Part shown: one piece after another, positions 19,594-27,727 of the stretch | Numbering within the stretch: the stretch's first letter is position 1 | How the letters are laid out: every line of letters begins with the position of its first letter | Origin: an uncultured Christensenella sp. | Lineage (GTDB): Bacteria; Bacillota; Clostridia; Christensenellales; UBA3700 | Assembly (NCBI GenBank): GCA_964478025.1 | Contig: CAYZGK010000003.1 | Coordinates: 6,645-70,644, forward strand | Length of the DNA: 64,000 nt | Reading direction: 5' to 3' | The notes under the pieces: generated by a model | Databases searched by the model: none | What the model saw: the letters and a program-made list of their open reading frames with translations, nothing else | Told to the model about the DNA's origin: nothing | Program-made: the position numbers and the translations under genes

Positions 19594-20171
19594 TGTTAAG
19601 AGGTGTGGATTATACAAAAATTGATAAATTATCACTTGAATTTTTAAGTGATTATGAATTATATAATTTTCCGTTAAATGTTTTTAAAATAGCAACAGAG
19701 ATTTTAAATGCAAAGATTATATATTATTCTTCACTTAATAACAAGCAATTAGAATTTATCAAAACTAAGAGGGTTTTAGATAAAGGTTATACGATTGTAG
19801 AACACCTATCTAATGGAACAATTCGTCATGTAATCTATATTAATGATTCAACTTGCCAAGCAAGACAAAAATATACAATAGCACATGAAATAAAGCATAT
19901 TCTATATGGTGAAGAAGTTTATAATAAAGATGAAGAAATACTTGCAGATTATTTTGCTAAAATACTACTTGCACCGAAGTGTTTGATTATTGACAATAAA
20001 TGGTTATCTCAAGAGGAAATATCTTCTAAATTTGGGCTATCACTTGAATCTGCAAGATATCATTTAAATGGTATAAAAAATAGAATAGGATCATATGGAT
20101 TTGAATTATTTGACTATGAGCGCAATTATATTAACAAATATTGTGAATTTAATAAAATAAAAAGAGGTTAA
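19593..20171 (+). CDS. ImmA/IrrE-family zinc metallopeptidase
   Basis: HExxH motif in TIAHEIKHILYG, with the downstream sequence ADYFAKILLAP typical of the family. The ATG overlaps the XRE stop codon. Confidence 0.8.
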   Translation: MLRGVDYTKIDKLSLEFLSDYELYNFPLNVFKIATEILNAKIIYYSSLNNKQLEFIKTKRVLDKGYTIVEHLSNGTIRHVIYINDSTCQARQKYTIAHEIKHILYGEEVYNKDEEILADYFAKILLAPKCLIIDNKWLSQEEISSKFGLSLESARYHLNGIKNRIGSYGFELFDYERNYINKYCEFNKIKRG

Positions 20172-20197
20172 CTCTACGGCAATAGAATTAACCTATC

Positions 20198-20245
20198 GTA
20201 ACCATGTATAAAACATAGATTGCAATTAGATTTTATCATGGGTAC
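20198..20245 (+). promoter_or_regulatory. Long imperfect hairpin/palindrome between the ImmA gene and the three-gene operon
   Basis: The left arm GTAACCATGTATAAAA (20198-20213) pairs with the right arm TTTTATCATGGGTAC (20231-20245), with one bulge and one mismatch. The loop contains the palindrome ATTGCAAT. No T-run follows on either strand. Confidence 0.5.
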
Positions 20246-20279
20246 AAAAACTTATCAATAGCTTTTTGGAGGTGATAGT

Positions 20280-21080
20280 ATGGCTATGATAAAATCACAA
20301 ACTAAATTAACTTTTATTATAAAAAAGAAACGAAAAGTTAATCGAACTAAAAACGTAGTACAATTAAAACTGGATTATTTTTCCATAGATAAAAGAGATC
20401 TTTATGGCTTTTATCTAACTAATAAAACAACCAAAAATAATATTATGGAATTGCCAGATATTGGTTGTTTTGTAGATATTGTTCCGGATTTTATTGCACT
20501 TGAAAGTGAGCCAGGCTTATTTCGCTTGACAAATAATACCTGTGTAGCTTGGTTTAAAGATGATAGTATATTTGATACCATAGATGGCCTTTATAATGCA
20601 ATAATTTATAAAGACATAGAGTTGTTGAAATATTACAAAGATAGATATAAAAATGTTAAATTTTTTATACCACCTGATTATTCTCTTTATGGTGATTTTG
20701 ATGAGGCTGTAATATTAAATAACTTAAGAAAACAACTAATTGTTTCACTATGGTTAATATTTGAACTTGATGCAATTGTAATTCCTTTAGCGACTTATGC
20801 TAATGTAGAATCATTAGAATGGTGTTTTAATCATATAATGGTTAATTCTAACGTAGCTGTAAGTCTTAAAGGAATAATGAATGAACCTAATAGAAGTTTA
20901 TTTATTAAAGCTTTAAAGAAGTTGATAGATGCTAGGCACCCTAAGTCTATAATTGTGTACTCGGTCTCTAAGATTAAATCAACTGAAGAAATGCTTGAAT
21001 ATGCTTATGCGAACGATATACCGGTATATATCATTGACAATACACTTTTAAAGAGAAATGGAGGTGTTATTAATGGGTAG
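20280..21080 (+). CDS. Uncharacterised protein, DUF4417-like (assignment from memory of the family pattern)
   Basis: A GGAGGTG RBS precedes the start. The blocks WFKDDSIFD, FFIPPDYSLYGDFDEAVILNNLRKQ, IVIPLATYANVESLEWCF, NVAVSLKG and PKSIIVYS match my recollection of the PF14386 pattern (hFf.dD / PDFS.y.d.p...N..R / VIP / vavs / P..i..y). Confidence 0.45.
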   Translation: MAMIKSQTKLTFIIKKKRKVNRTKNVVQLKLDYFSIDKRDLYGFYLTNKTTKNNIMELPDIGCFVDIVPDFIALESEPGLFRLTNNTCVAWFKDDSIFDTIDGLYNAIIYKDIELLKYYKDRYKNVKFFIPPDYSLYGDFDEAVILNNLRKQLIVSLWLIFELDAIVIPLATYANVESLEWCFNHIMVNSNVAVSLKGIMNEPNRSLFIKALKKLIDARHPKSIIVYSVSKIKSTEEMLEYAYANDIPVYIIDNTLLKRNGGVING

Positions 21081-21609
21081 AAAACTATATAGTGGTTTCG
21101 CAATTGGCATTAAAGGGCAAATAAATCTTGAAAATTTTGAATTACTAAATAAATTAAATGAACAGGCATCCTGTGGTGATTTGATCTTAAATCATCCATT
21201 TAATAGATATTTAGTAAACATATCTAAAAGAAATGATATAGATATAGACAATACCTTTGATATAGTTGGTCATGGAACTGTAAAAAGTATTGAAATGCTG
21301 TCACATAATGGAAAAAGATTAATCTCTCTTTCTCATAGAGATTTATTTAAGTTATTAAAAAGAAATAAAAAATATAAAAGAGGTATGTCTATAAGATTAC
21401 TTTCATGTAATACAGGTAAAGATCCATGTGGATTTGCCCAAAATTTAGCAAATAAATTAAATGTTAAAGTTATTGCACCAAACACTTATTATTGGGCTTA
21501 TCCTAATGGAAGTCATATTCCAGCAGAAATGAAAGAAAATGGTCAAATTGATATAACTAGACCAGGCAAAATGATTACTTTTTATCCAGGAGGTAACAAA
21601 CATGATTAA
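21073..21609 (+). CDS. Small cytoplasmic protein with a clan-CD-like His-Cys dyad (putative cysteine peptidase or toxin-like domain)
   Basis: GGAGGTG at about 21059-21065 precedes the ATG at 21073, which overlaps the upstream stop by 8 nt. The sequence DIVGHGTVKS, then about 45 aa, then SIRLLSCNTGKDPCGFAQNLANKLNVKVIAP resembles the GHG / LLGCN arrangement of peptidase C80 (CPD) and DUF4347 domains. No signal peptide is present. Confidence 0.4.
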   Translation: MGRKLYSGFAIGIKGQINLENFELLNKLNEQASCGDLILNHPFNRYLVNISKRNDIDIDNTFDIVGHGTVKSIEMLSHNGKRLISLSHRDLFKLLKRNKKYKRGMSIRLLSCNTGKDPCGFAQNLANKLNVKVIAPNTYYWAYPNGSHIPAEMKENGQIDITRPGKMITFYPGGNKHD

Positions 21610-21949
21610 ATGTCCTAAATGTGGCAATGAAGTTATAATAAAAAGAAATGGTAGAGAAATAATAAATAAATGCACAAAATGTGATTATGAGGTTGTTGCA
21701 ACTTATAATTCTCAAATGGATTTAGACAATACTAAATATATAATTTCCATTTTAAATAATAATAATACTTCAATAAATAATATAAAACTGATATCCAAAT
21801 TGACAGGAGAAAACTTTGTTAAATCAAAAAATTACTTGAAAAATGGATATTCGTTCAAAGAAGAATATGCTGAAGAATTAATAGAAAAAAAGAAGTTATT
21901 TGATATCAACGGAATAAAGTATAGAATTCAGCCTGATTTTCCATATTAA
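21602..21949 (+). CDS. Zinc-ribbon protein with a C-terminal region weakly resembling the L7/L12 C-terminal domain
   Basis: The sequence CPKCG-x17-CTKCDY forms the zinc ribbon. The start overlaps the upstream gene by 8 nt. The C-terminal sequence INNIKLISKLTGENFVKSKNYLKNG...AEELIEKKKLFDINGIKYRIQ is the L7/L12-like part. Confidence 0.4.
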   Translation: MIKCPKCGNEVIIKRNGREIINKCTKCDYEVVATYNSQMDLDNTKYIISILNNNNTSINNIKLISKLTGENFVKSKNYLKNGYSFKEEYAEELIEKKKLFDINGIKYRIQPDFPY

Positions 21950-22064
21950 AGATAAAAACAAAAATTAATTTAAGACAAAGTTAAAAAATAATATTGCCGA
22001 AATTATCTAGTTAATTGAAAATATTATACCTTTATGATAGAATACTAGCGAACGAGGAAAAAAG

Positions 22065-22382
22065 ATGGAAAATAAGACTTATAATAACATTATAACTTCT
22101 ATTGTTGTTGCAGCTGCTTCATCAGTTGCTGGTGTTGCTGCCGTAACTTACGAGCCAGGACTTATAGTTCCTACTCAAAAGAAAAAAAATCAAAGTGCAG
22201 TAGAAACTATAATTAAGGATGATTATGTAACTGTTAATCTTTCAATAAATGTTTATTATGGAAAGGTTATACCAGTTGTTGTTTGTAATTTACAAGAAAA
22301 GATTAAAAAAGAAATTGAATCATCAACTTCACTTAAAGTTAAGAAAATTAATGTAACAGTTGTTGGTTCAGTAAATCCATAA
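22065..22382 (+). CDS. Asp23/Gls24-family (DUF322) alkaline-shock-like protein
   Basis: The sequence ITSIVVAAASSVAGVAAV...VTVNLSINVYYG...VVCNLQEKIKKEIE is typical of Asp23. The position upstream of nusB matches Bacillus yqhY. Confidence 0.75.
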   Translation: MENKTYNNIITSIVVAAASSVAGVAAVTYEPGLIVPTQKKKNQSAVETIIKDDYVTVNLSINVYYGKVIPVVVCNLQEKIKKEIESSTSLKVKKINVTVVGSVNP

Positions 22383-22407
22383 GTTTGTTTAATTTTGGAG
22401 ATTATAT

Positions 22408-22815
22408 ATGAGTAGAAAAATAGCTAGAGAGTATGCATACAAATTAATTTTTGAATATATATTTACTAAAGAAACAGAGGATGGTATATCTAAAGATATA
22501 ATATTTCAAGATCCAGAATTATCAAAGATTGATTCAGAATACATAGAAAGCGTCGTACATGGCGTTAAAGAGCATTATAATGAACTTTTAGAGATTATCT
22601 CGAGAAATGCAAAAAATTTCAAATTAGAGCGTATTTTTAGGGCTGATTTAGCAGCACTTCTTCTTGCTGTATATGAAATGAAGTATATGCCAGATATTCC
22701 TATGAATGTTTCTATTGCTGAAGCAGTTGAGATTGTTAAATCATATGCTACAGAAAAATCATATCAATTTGTTAATGGTGTTTTAAGTGGTGTTTATAAG
22801 GAGTTAAACGCATAA
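22408..22815 (+). CDS. nusB: Transcription antitermination factor NusB
   Basis: 135 aa with the sequences REYAYKLIFEY... and FVNGVLSG. Synteny also fits. Confidence 0.9.
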   Translation: MSRKIAREYAYKLIFEYIFTKETEDGISKDIIFQDPELSKIDSEYIESVVHGVKEHYNELLEIISRNAKNFKLERIFRADLAALLLAVYEMKYMPDIPMNVSIAEAVEIVKSYATEKSYQFVNGVLSGVYKELNA

Positions 22816-23660
22816 TGTTAATTTTAGGAAAAGAAGTTTCAAAAAATACAAGAATTGAAATTAAGGAAAAAGTTGAGGAATTCTCTAAAAAATATGGAAG
22901 AGTTCCTTGTCTTTCTGTAATTATTGTAGGAGAAGATCCTGCATCTCAAACTTATGTTAAAAATAAAGTTATAGGTTGTGAAGAAGTAGGAATGAAATCC
23001 CTAAAATATGAATTTCCTGATGGCGTAAAACAAGAAGATATAGCAACTGTTATAAAAACATTAGCAAATGACAAAAATGTTGATGGAATATTAGTTCAAT
23101 TACCACTTCCAAAAGGTTATGATGAAAAATATTTACTAGATTTAATACCTGAAGAAAAAGATGTAGATGGTTTTTGTGCAAATAATTTAGGATTACTTGC
23201 AATGGGAACACCTAGAACAATTTCTTGTACACCATTTGGTGTAATGAAGCTTCTTGCTTCAACAGGGGTTGAACTTTCCGGCAAAAATGCGGTAGTTATA
23301 GGAAGATCAAATACAGTTGGAAAGCCTATGGCTATGCTTTTATTAAATGCTAATTGTACGGTTACTGTATGTCACTCAAAGACTAAAAACTTAGAAGAAA
23401 TAACAAAGAATGCAGATATTTTAGTAGTTGCTATAGGAAGACCAAAATTCTTAAAAGCCAATATGGTAAAAGAAGGCGCTATTGTTATTGATGTCGGTAT
23501 TAATCGTGTCGATGGAAAATTATGTGGAGATGTAGATTTTGATGAAGTAGAGAAAAAAGCATCTTTTATAACACCAGTTCCAGGTGGAGTTGGTCCTATG
23601 ACAATATCTATGCTTTTATATAATACTTTAATGGCAGCAAAATCGAGAGTTAATGGCTGA
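22815..23660 (+). CDS. folD: Bifunctional methylenetetrahydrofolate dehydrogenase/cyclohydrolase
   Basis: Motifs DPASQTYVKNK, DGILVQLPLP, GRSNTVGKPMAMLL and PVPGGVGPMT. Confidence 0.95.
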   Translation: MLILGKEVSKNTRIEIKEKVEEFSKKYGRVPCLSVIIVGEDPASQTYVKNKVIGCEEVGMKSLKYEFPDGVKQEDIATVIKTLANDKNVDGILVQLPLPKGYDEKYLLDLIPEEKDVDGFCANNLGLLAMGTPRTISCTPFGVMKLLASTGVELSGKNAVVIGRSNTVGKPMAMLLLNANCTVTVCHSKTKNLEEITKNADILVVAIGRPKFLKANMVKEGAIVIDVGINRVDGKLCGDVDFDEVEKKASFITPVPGGVGPMTISMLLYNTLMAAKSRVNG

Positions 23661-24843
23661 TAATTTTATTACTGTTACACAATTAAATGATATAATCACC
23701 AAAACTATATCTGGTAGTCAATTTTTATCAAATATAGTCATTTGTGGTGAGGTTCAAGGGTTTAAAGTATCAAGAGCTCATGCATATTTTAATTTAAAAG
23801 ATGAAGGCGGCATAATAAGCTGTAATGATTTTAATTATCTAACTAGATATGTTCCAAAAGAAGGAGAACAAATTTTAGTTAAAGGTAATGTAAGTTATTA
23901 TGGTCCTTATGGAAAACTTTCATTTAATATTTCTCAAATTCAACCTTATGGCATAGGAGCACTTGCTGCTTTATATGAAAAATTAAAATTAGAATTAGAA
24001 AAGAAAGGTTATTTTGATAAAGCTCATAAAAAACCAATCCCAAAATATCCAAAAAGAGTTTGCGTTATAACATCTAAAACTGGAGCTGTAATACAAGATA
24101 TTATATCCACAATGAGAAGGTATAACGATGTTATAGATATTATTTGTTATGACTGTAAAGTTCAAGGCATGGGAGCAGAGGATGAGATAGCTCAAGCTAT
24201 AAAAACTGTTGATGATTTAAACTTTGACGTAATTGTTGTAGCAAGAGGCGGTGGCTCACTTGAGGACTTAATGTGCTTTAATAATGAAAAGGTTGTTTAT
24301 GCAATTTATGATGCAAAAACTCCAATTGTTTCAGCAGTAGGGCACCAAACAGATTTTACTTTATGCGACCTTGCCTCAGACTTAAGATGCGAAACTCCAA
24401 CGGCTGCAGCCGAGATGTTAGGTTATAAAGTAAACGATATAAAAGACTTTATAAAAGATGGACAAAATAGGCTTATCAATGCCTTATCAAGAATGGTAGA
24501 TCAAAAGGTTACATCACTTCACAATTACCAGGTACGACTTTGTGCTAGTTTAAACGACCTTTATTCTAAAAATCTTTATAATTTAAAACAATATCAAGAC
24601 AAAATATGTCTAATAGCCGATAATATTCTAAAAAACAAGGAGTATCAGTTAAAAGAAATGTGTACAAGATTAGATGCTTCTAACCCTACAAAAATCTTTA
24701 CAAAAGGCTATTTATTTGCAAAAACAAAAGATGGACAAAATATAAAATCCATTTCAGATATAAAAGTTGGAGATAAGATTAATTTAATAACAAATGGTGG
24801 TTCAGCCACAGCAAAAATAGAAGAGGTAAAAAATGACATTTGA
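23653..24843 (+). CDS. xseA: Exodeoxyribonuclease VII large subunit
   Basis: N-terminal OB fold (ICGEVQGFKVSRAHAYFNLKDE) and catalytic region ARGGGSLEDL. The gene overlaps the folD end. Confidence 0.9.
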   Translation: MADNFITVTQLNDIITKTISGSQFLSNIVICGEVQGFKVSRAHAYFNLKDEGGIISCNDFNYLTRYVPKEGEQILVKGNVSYYGPYGKLSFNISQIQPYGIGALAALYEKLKLELEKKGYFDKAHKKPIPKYPKRVCVITSKTGAVIQDIISTMRRYNDVIDIICYDCKVQGMGAEDEIAQAIKTVDDLNFDVIVVARGGGSLEDLMCFNNEKVVYAIYDAKTPIVSAVGHQTDFTLCDLASDLRCETPTAAAEMLGYKVNDIKDFIKDGQNRLINALSRMVDQKVTSLHNYQVRLCASLNDLYSKNLYNLKQYQDKICLIADNILKNKEYQLKEMCTRLDASNPTKIFTKGYLFAKTKDGQNIKSISDIKVGDKINLITNGGSATAKIEEVKNDI

Positions 24844-25054
24844 AGAATCAATGAAAGAATTAGAAAGCATTGTAAATAAGATGGAATCAGGTTCACTTAC
24901 AATTGATGAATCCTTAAAAGCTTTTTCAAAAGGGATTGAACTTTGCAAAGAATGTTCAAAAGAACTTGAGGAAGCAAAAGGTAAAGTTACTATTTTACAA
25001 AAGCAAATGAACGACTTAATTGAAAAGCCTTTTGAACCAACACAAAATGCATAA
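24833..25054 (+). CDS. xseB: Exodeoxyribonuclease VII small subunit
   Basis: 73 aa with the sequence FEESMKELESIV..LESG.L.LDESL. It overlaps the xseA stop. Confidence 0.9.
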   Translation: MTFEESMKELESIVNKMESGSLTIDESLKAFSKGIELCKECSKELEEAKGKVTILQKQMNDLIEKPFEPTQNA

Positions 25055-25970
25055 GATTCTTGAAGATTACAAAGTAGAGTTTGAAAAAGAACTTAAAAAT
25101 TATTTGAAAGATATTACATCAGAAAATGTAATAACTCGTGCTTACAATTATTCAATTTTAAATGGTGGAAAGAGAATAAGACCTATACTTGTGTATTTAG
25201 GCGCAATTTCCATATCAAATGATTTAAAAAATATTCCAGGGCTTATATCTAATCTTTCAATTGGAATTGAATTAATTCATTCATATTCTTTAGTTCATGA
25301 TGATCTTCCTTGTATGGATAATGACAAATATAGACGTGGAAAGCTAACAACTCACGCAAAATTTGGTGCAGGAATGGCAACAATAACGGGAGATGCAATG
25401 CTAAATGGCGCTGCTGAGGTTATGCTATCTTGCATAAATAACGATTTTGCCATGAATTATCCCTATGTTAACAATAACTATAAAGCTCAAATCAATGCAG
25501 CAAGATATATATTAGATTGCTCAGGTTTATATGGCATGATAGGCGGACAGGCTATAGATATTCAAAATAAAAAATTGTCTAAAGATGAACTTCTATCTAT
25601 GTATAAGTTAAAAACATCAGCCCTTTTAAAAGGTGCGTTAGTTGCTGGAGCTATGAGATTTGAAGCAGATGATGAAATAATCTCAAAATTCATTGAATAT
25701 GCAGACAACTTTGGAATTGTTTTCCAAATTGTAGACGATATATTAGATAAAACCTCAACAAAAGAAATTCTTGGTAAAGATGTTAACCAAGATTCAAATA
25801 ACAATAAAAACACATATGTAGATTTAGTAGGTGGCATTGATCAAGCTAAAAAAGATTGTGAAATGTACGCTAATAATGCTATAAACGCAATTAAATCTAT
25901 AGAGAATAAAATACAATATGCTGACATCTTTTATGATTTTATTGAAAGCATGTTAAATAGACAAAAATAG
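25047..25970 (+). CDS. ispA: Farnesyl/geranyl diphosphate synthase (polyprenyl synthetase)
   Basis: The first DDxxD motif is in LVHDDLPCMDNDKYRRG and the second is in QIVDDILD. The ATG at 25047 overlaps the xseB stop, and the listed TTG at 25020 is less likely. Confidence 0.9.
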   Translation: MHKILEDYKVEFEKELKNYLKDITSENVITRAYNYSILNGGKRIRPILVYLGAISISNDLKNIPGLISNLSIGIELIHSYSLVHDDLPCMDNDKYRRGKLTTHAKFGAGMATITGDAMLNGAAEVMLSCINNDFAMNYPYVNNNYKAQINAARYILDCSGLYGMIGGQAIDIQNKKLSKDELLSMYKLKTSALLKGALVAGAMRFEADDEIISKFIEYADNFGIVFQIVDDILDKTSTKEILGKDVNQDSNNNKNTYVDLVGGIDQAKKDCEMYANNAINAIKSIENKIQYADIFYDFIESMLNRQK

Positions 25971-26023
25971 TTGTATAAATAAGTAATTGGTATATAATTA
26001 TTAATACAAAATAAAGGACAAAA

Positions 26024-27727
26024 ATGGCAATACTTGAAAATATACATTCACCTAAAGATCTTAAACATTTAACAATTGATGAGTTAAATCAATTAGCTCA
26101 AGAAGTTCGTAATGTTATAATCGATACTGTTTTTACAAATGGTGGGCATCTTGCTTCAAACTTGGGTGTTGTAGAATTAACAATTGCTATTGAATATGTC
26201 TTTAATTTACCAAAAGATAAGTTAATTTTTGATGTAGGTCATCAATGTTATACTCATAAATTATTAACAGGTAGATACGAACAATTCTCAACTTTAAGAA
26301 AAACAGGTGGTATCTCTGGCTTCCCAAGAATTAGCGAATCTGTCTTTGATACCGCATCCACTGGCCACGCATCTACAGCACTTGCTATCGCTACAGGTCT
26401 TGCTAGAGCTGGTGTTAATGGAGAAATTGTCTCACTTATTGGAGATGGCTCTCTTACTGGTGGCTTATCTTATGAAGCATTAAATGATTTAACATCATTA
26501 AATAAAAAACAAATTATCGTAATAAACGATAACGATATGTCAATTTCTAAAACAATTAACTCAATATCTAGATACCTAAATGGTATCCATACAGCATCTG
26601 GTCCTAATTTCAATGAGTTTGGACTAGATTATTTAGGCAATATAAATGGACATAACATAGAAGAGTTAATAAACGCTTTAGAATATGCTAAAAAGTGTAA
26701 AAAATCCATTGTACTTCATGTTAAAACAACAAAAGGTAAGGGACTTATTGAAGCAGAATTAAATCCAGAAGAATACCATGGTTATTCTCCAAAACATTGG
26801 GAAAAACCATCATTTTCACATATTATGGGAACAAAACTTGCAAAGATGGCAAAGGATGATAAAGATATCTTTGCTATAACTGCTGCTATGGAAGAAGGAA
26901 CAGGCCTTGAAGTATTTAAGGGAATGAATCCAGATAGATTTGTTGACGTTGGTATTTGTGAAGAATATGCAGCCTCTATGGCCTCAGGTCTTGCACTTGG
27001 TGGTAAAAAACCTTATTTTGCTGTTTACTCAACATTCCTTCAAAGAGCTTTTGATTCTGTTTTACATGATATATGCCTATCTAATTTAAATGTAAAGTTA
27101 TGTATAGATAGAGCAGGTATCGTATCAGGCGATGGTGAAACTCACCAAGGAATTTACGATATTGCATATTTAAGATTAATGCCAAATATGGTTATTGCTT
27201 GTCCAAAAGATTCTATGGAACTTGAAAATATGCTTGAATTCTCTAAGAATTACGTTGGTCCTATGGCTATAAGATATCCAAAAGGAAACGTTAGAATAGA
27301 TTATGCAAAGCATGAAAAAATAGAACTTGGAAAGTGGGAATATATTCAAAAGAAAAATAGTAGATTTGTTATCCTTGCTATGGGAGCTACTTGCGTATCT
27401 GTTGCATCGCACGCTGTTGAATTTTTAAATGAAATGAATATTCCAGTATCTTTAATAAATGCAAGATTTGTTAAACCACTTGATTCAGCCATTTTGAACG
27501 ATATTAAAGATAAAACCATCATAACCATTGAAGACAACGTTATCTCTGGCTCATTTGGTGCTGCAGTAGCGGAATATTACGTTTTAAATAACATTAGGGA
27601 TGTAGATCTTCATATTTTAGGCATTAACGATAAAATCTTAAAGAACGCATCACAAGCAGACTTATTAAAAGAAAATGGACTAGATTCATATTCACTTCGT
27701 GATTACGTAAAATCTCTATGCGATTAG
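26024..27727 (+). CDS. dxs: 1-deoxy-D-xylulose-5-phosphate synthase
   Basis: Motifs GGHLASNLGVVELT, GHASTALA, the TPP motif GDGSLTGG...NDN, and DRAGIVSGDGETHQG. Confidence 0.95.
   Translation: MAILENIHSPKDLKHLTIDELNQLAQEVRNVIIDTVFTNGGHLASNLGVVELTIAIEYVFNLPKDKLIFDVGHQCYTHKLLTGRYEQFSTLRKTGGISGFPRISESVFDTASTGHASTALAIATGLARAGVNGEIVSLIGDGSLTGGLSYEALNDLTSLNKKQIIVINDNDMSISKTINSISRYLNGIHTASGPNFNEFGLDYLGNINGHNIEELINALEYAKKCKKSIVLHVKTTKGKGLIEAELNPEEYHGYSPKHWEKPSFSHIMGTKLAKMAKDDKDIFAITAAMEEGTGLEVFKGMNPDRFVDVGICEEYAASMASGLALGGKKPYFAVYSTFLQRAFDSVLHDICLSNLNVKLCIDRAGIVSGDGETHQGIYDIAYLRLMPNMVIACPKDSMELENMLEFSKNYVGPMAIRYPKGNVRIDYAKHEKIELGKWEYIQKKNSRFVILAMGATCVSVASHAVEFLNEMNIPVSLINARFVKPLDSAILNDIKDKTIITIEDNVISGSFGAAVAEYYVLNNIRDVDLHILGINDKILKNASQADLLKENGLDSYSLRDYVKSLCD

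Noticed and set aside
26024-27727. Dxs is shorter (567 aa) than the roughly 620 aa I expect; possible truncation or pseudogene
   Set aside because: All three domains and the catalytic motifs are intact and in frame. The missing residues map to the segment after the NDN TPP motif, which corresponds to a poorly conserved flexible loop. This is most likely lineage-specific shortening.
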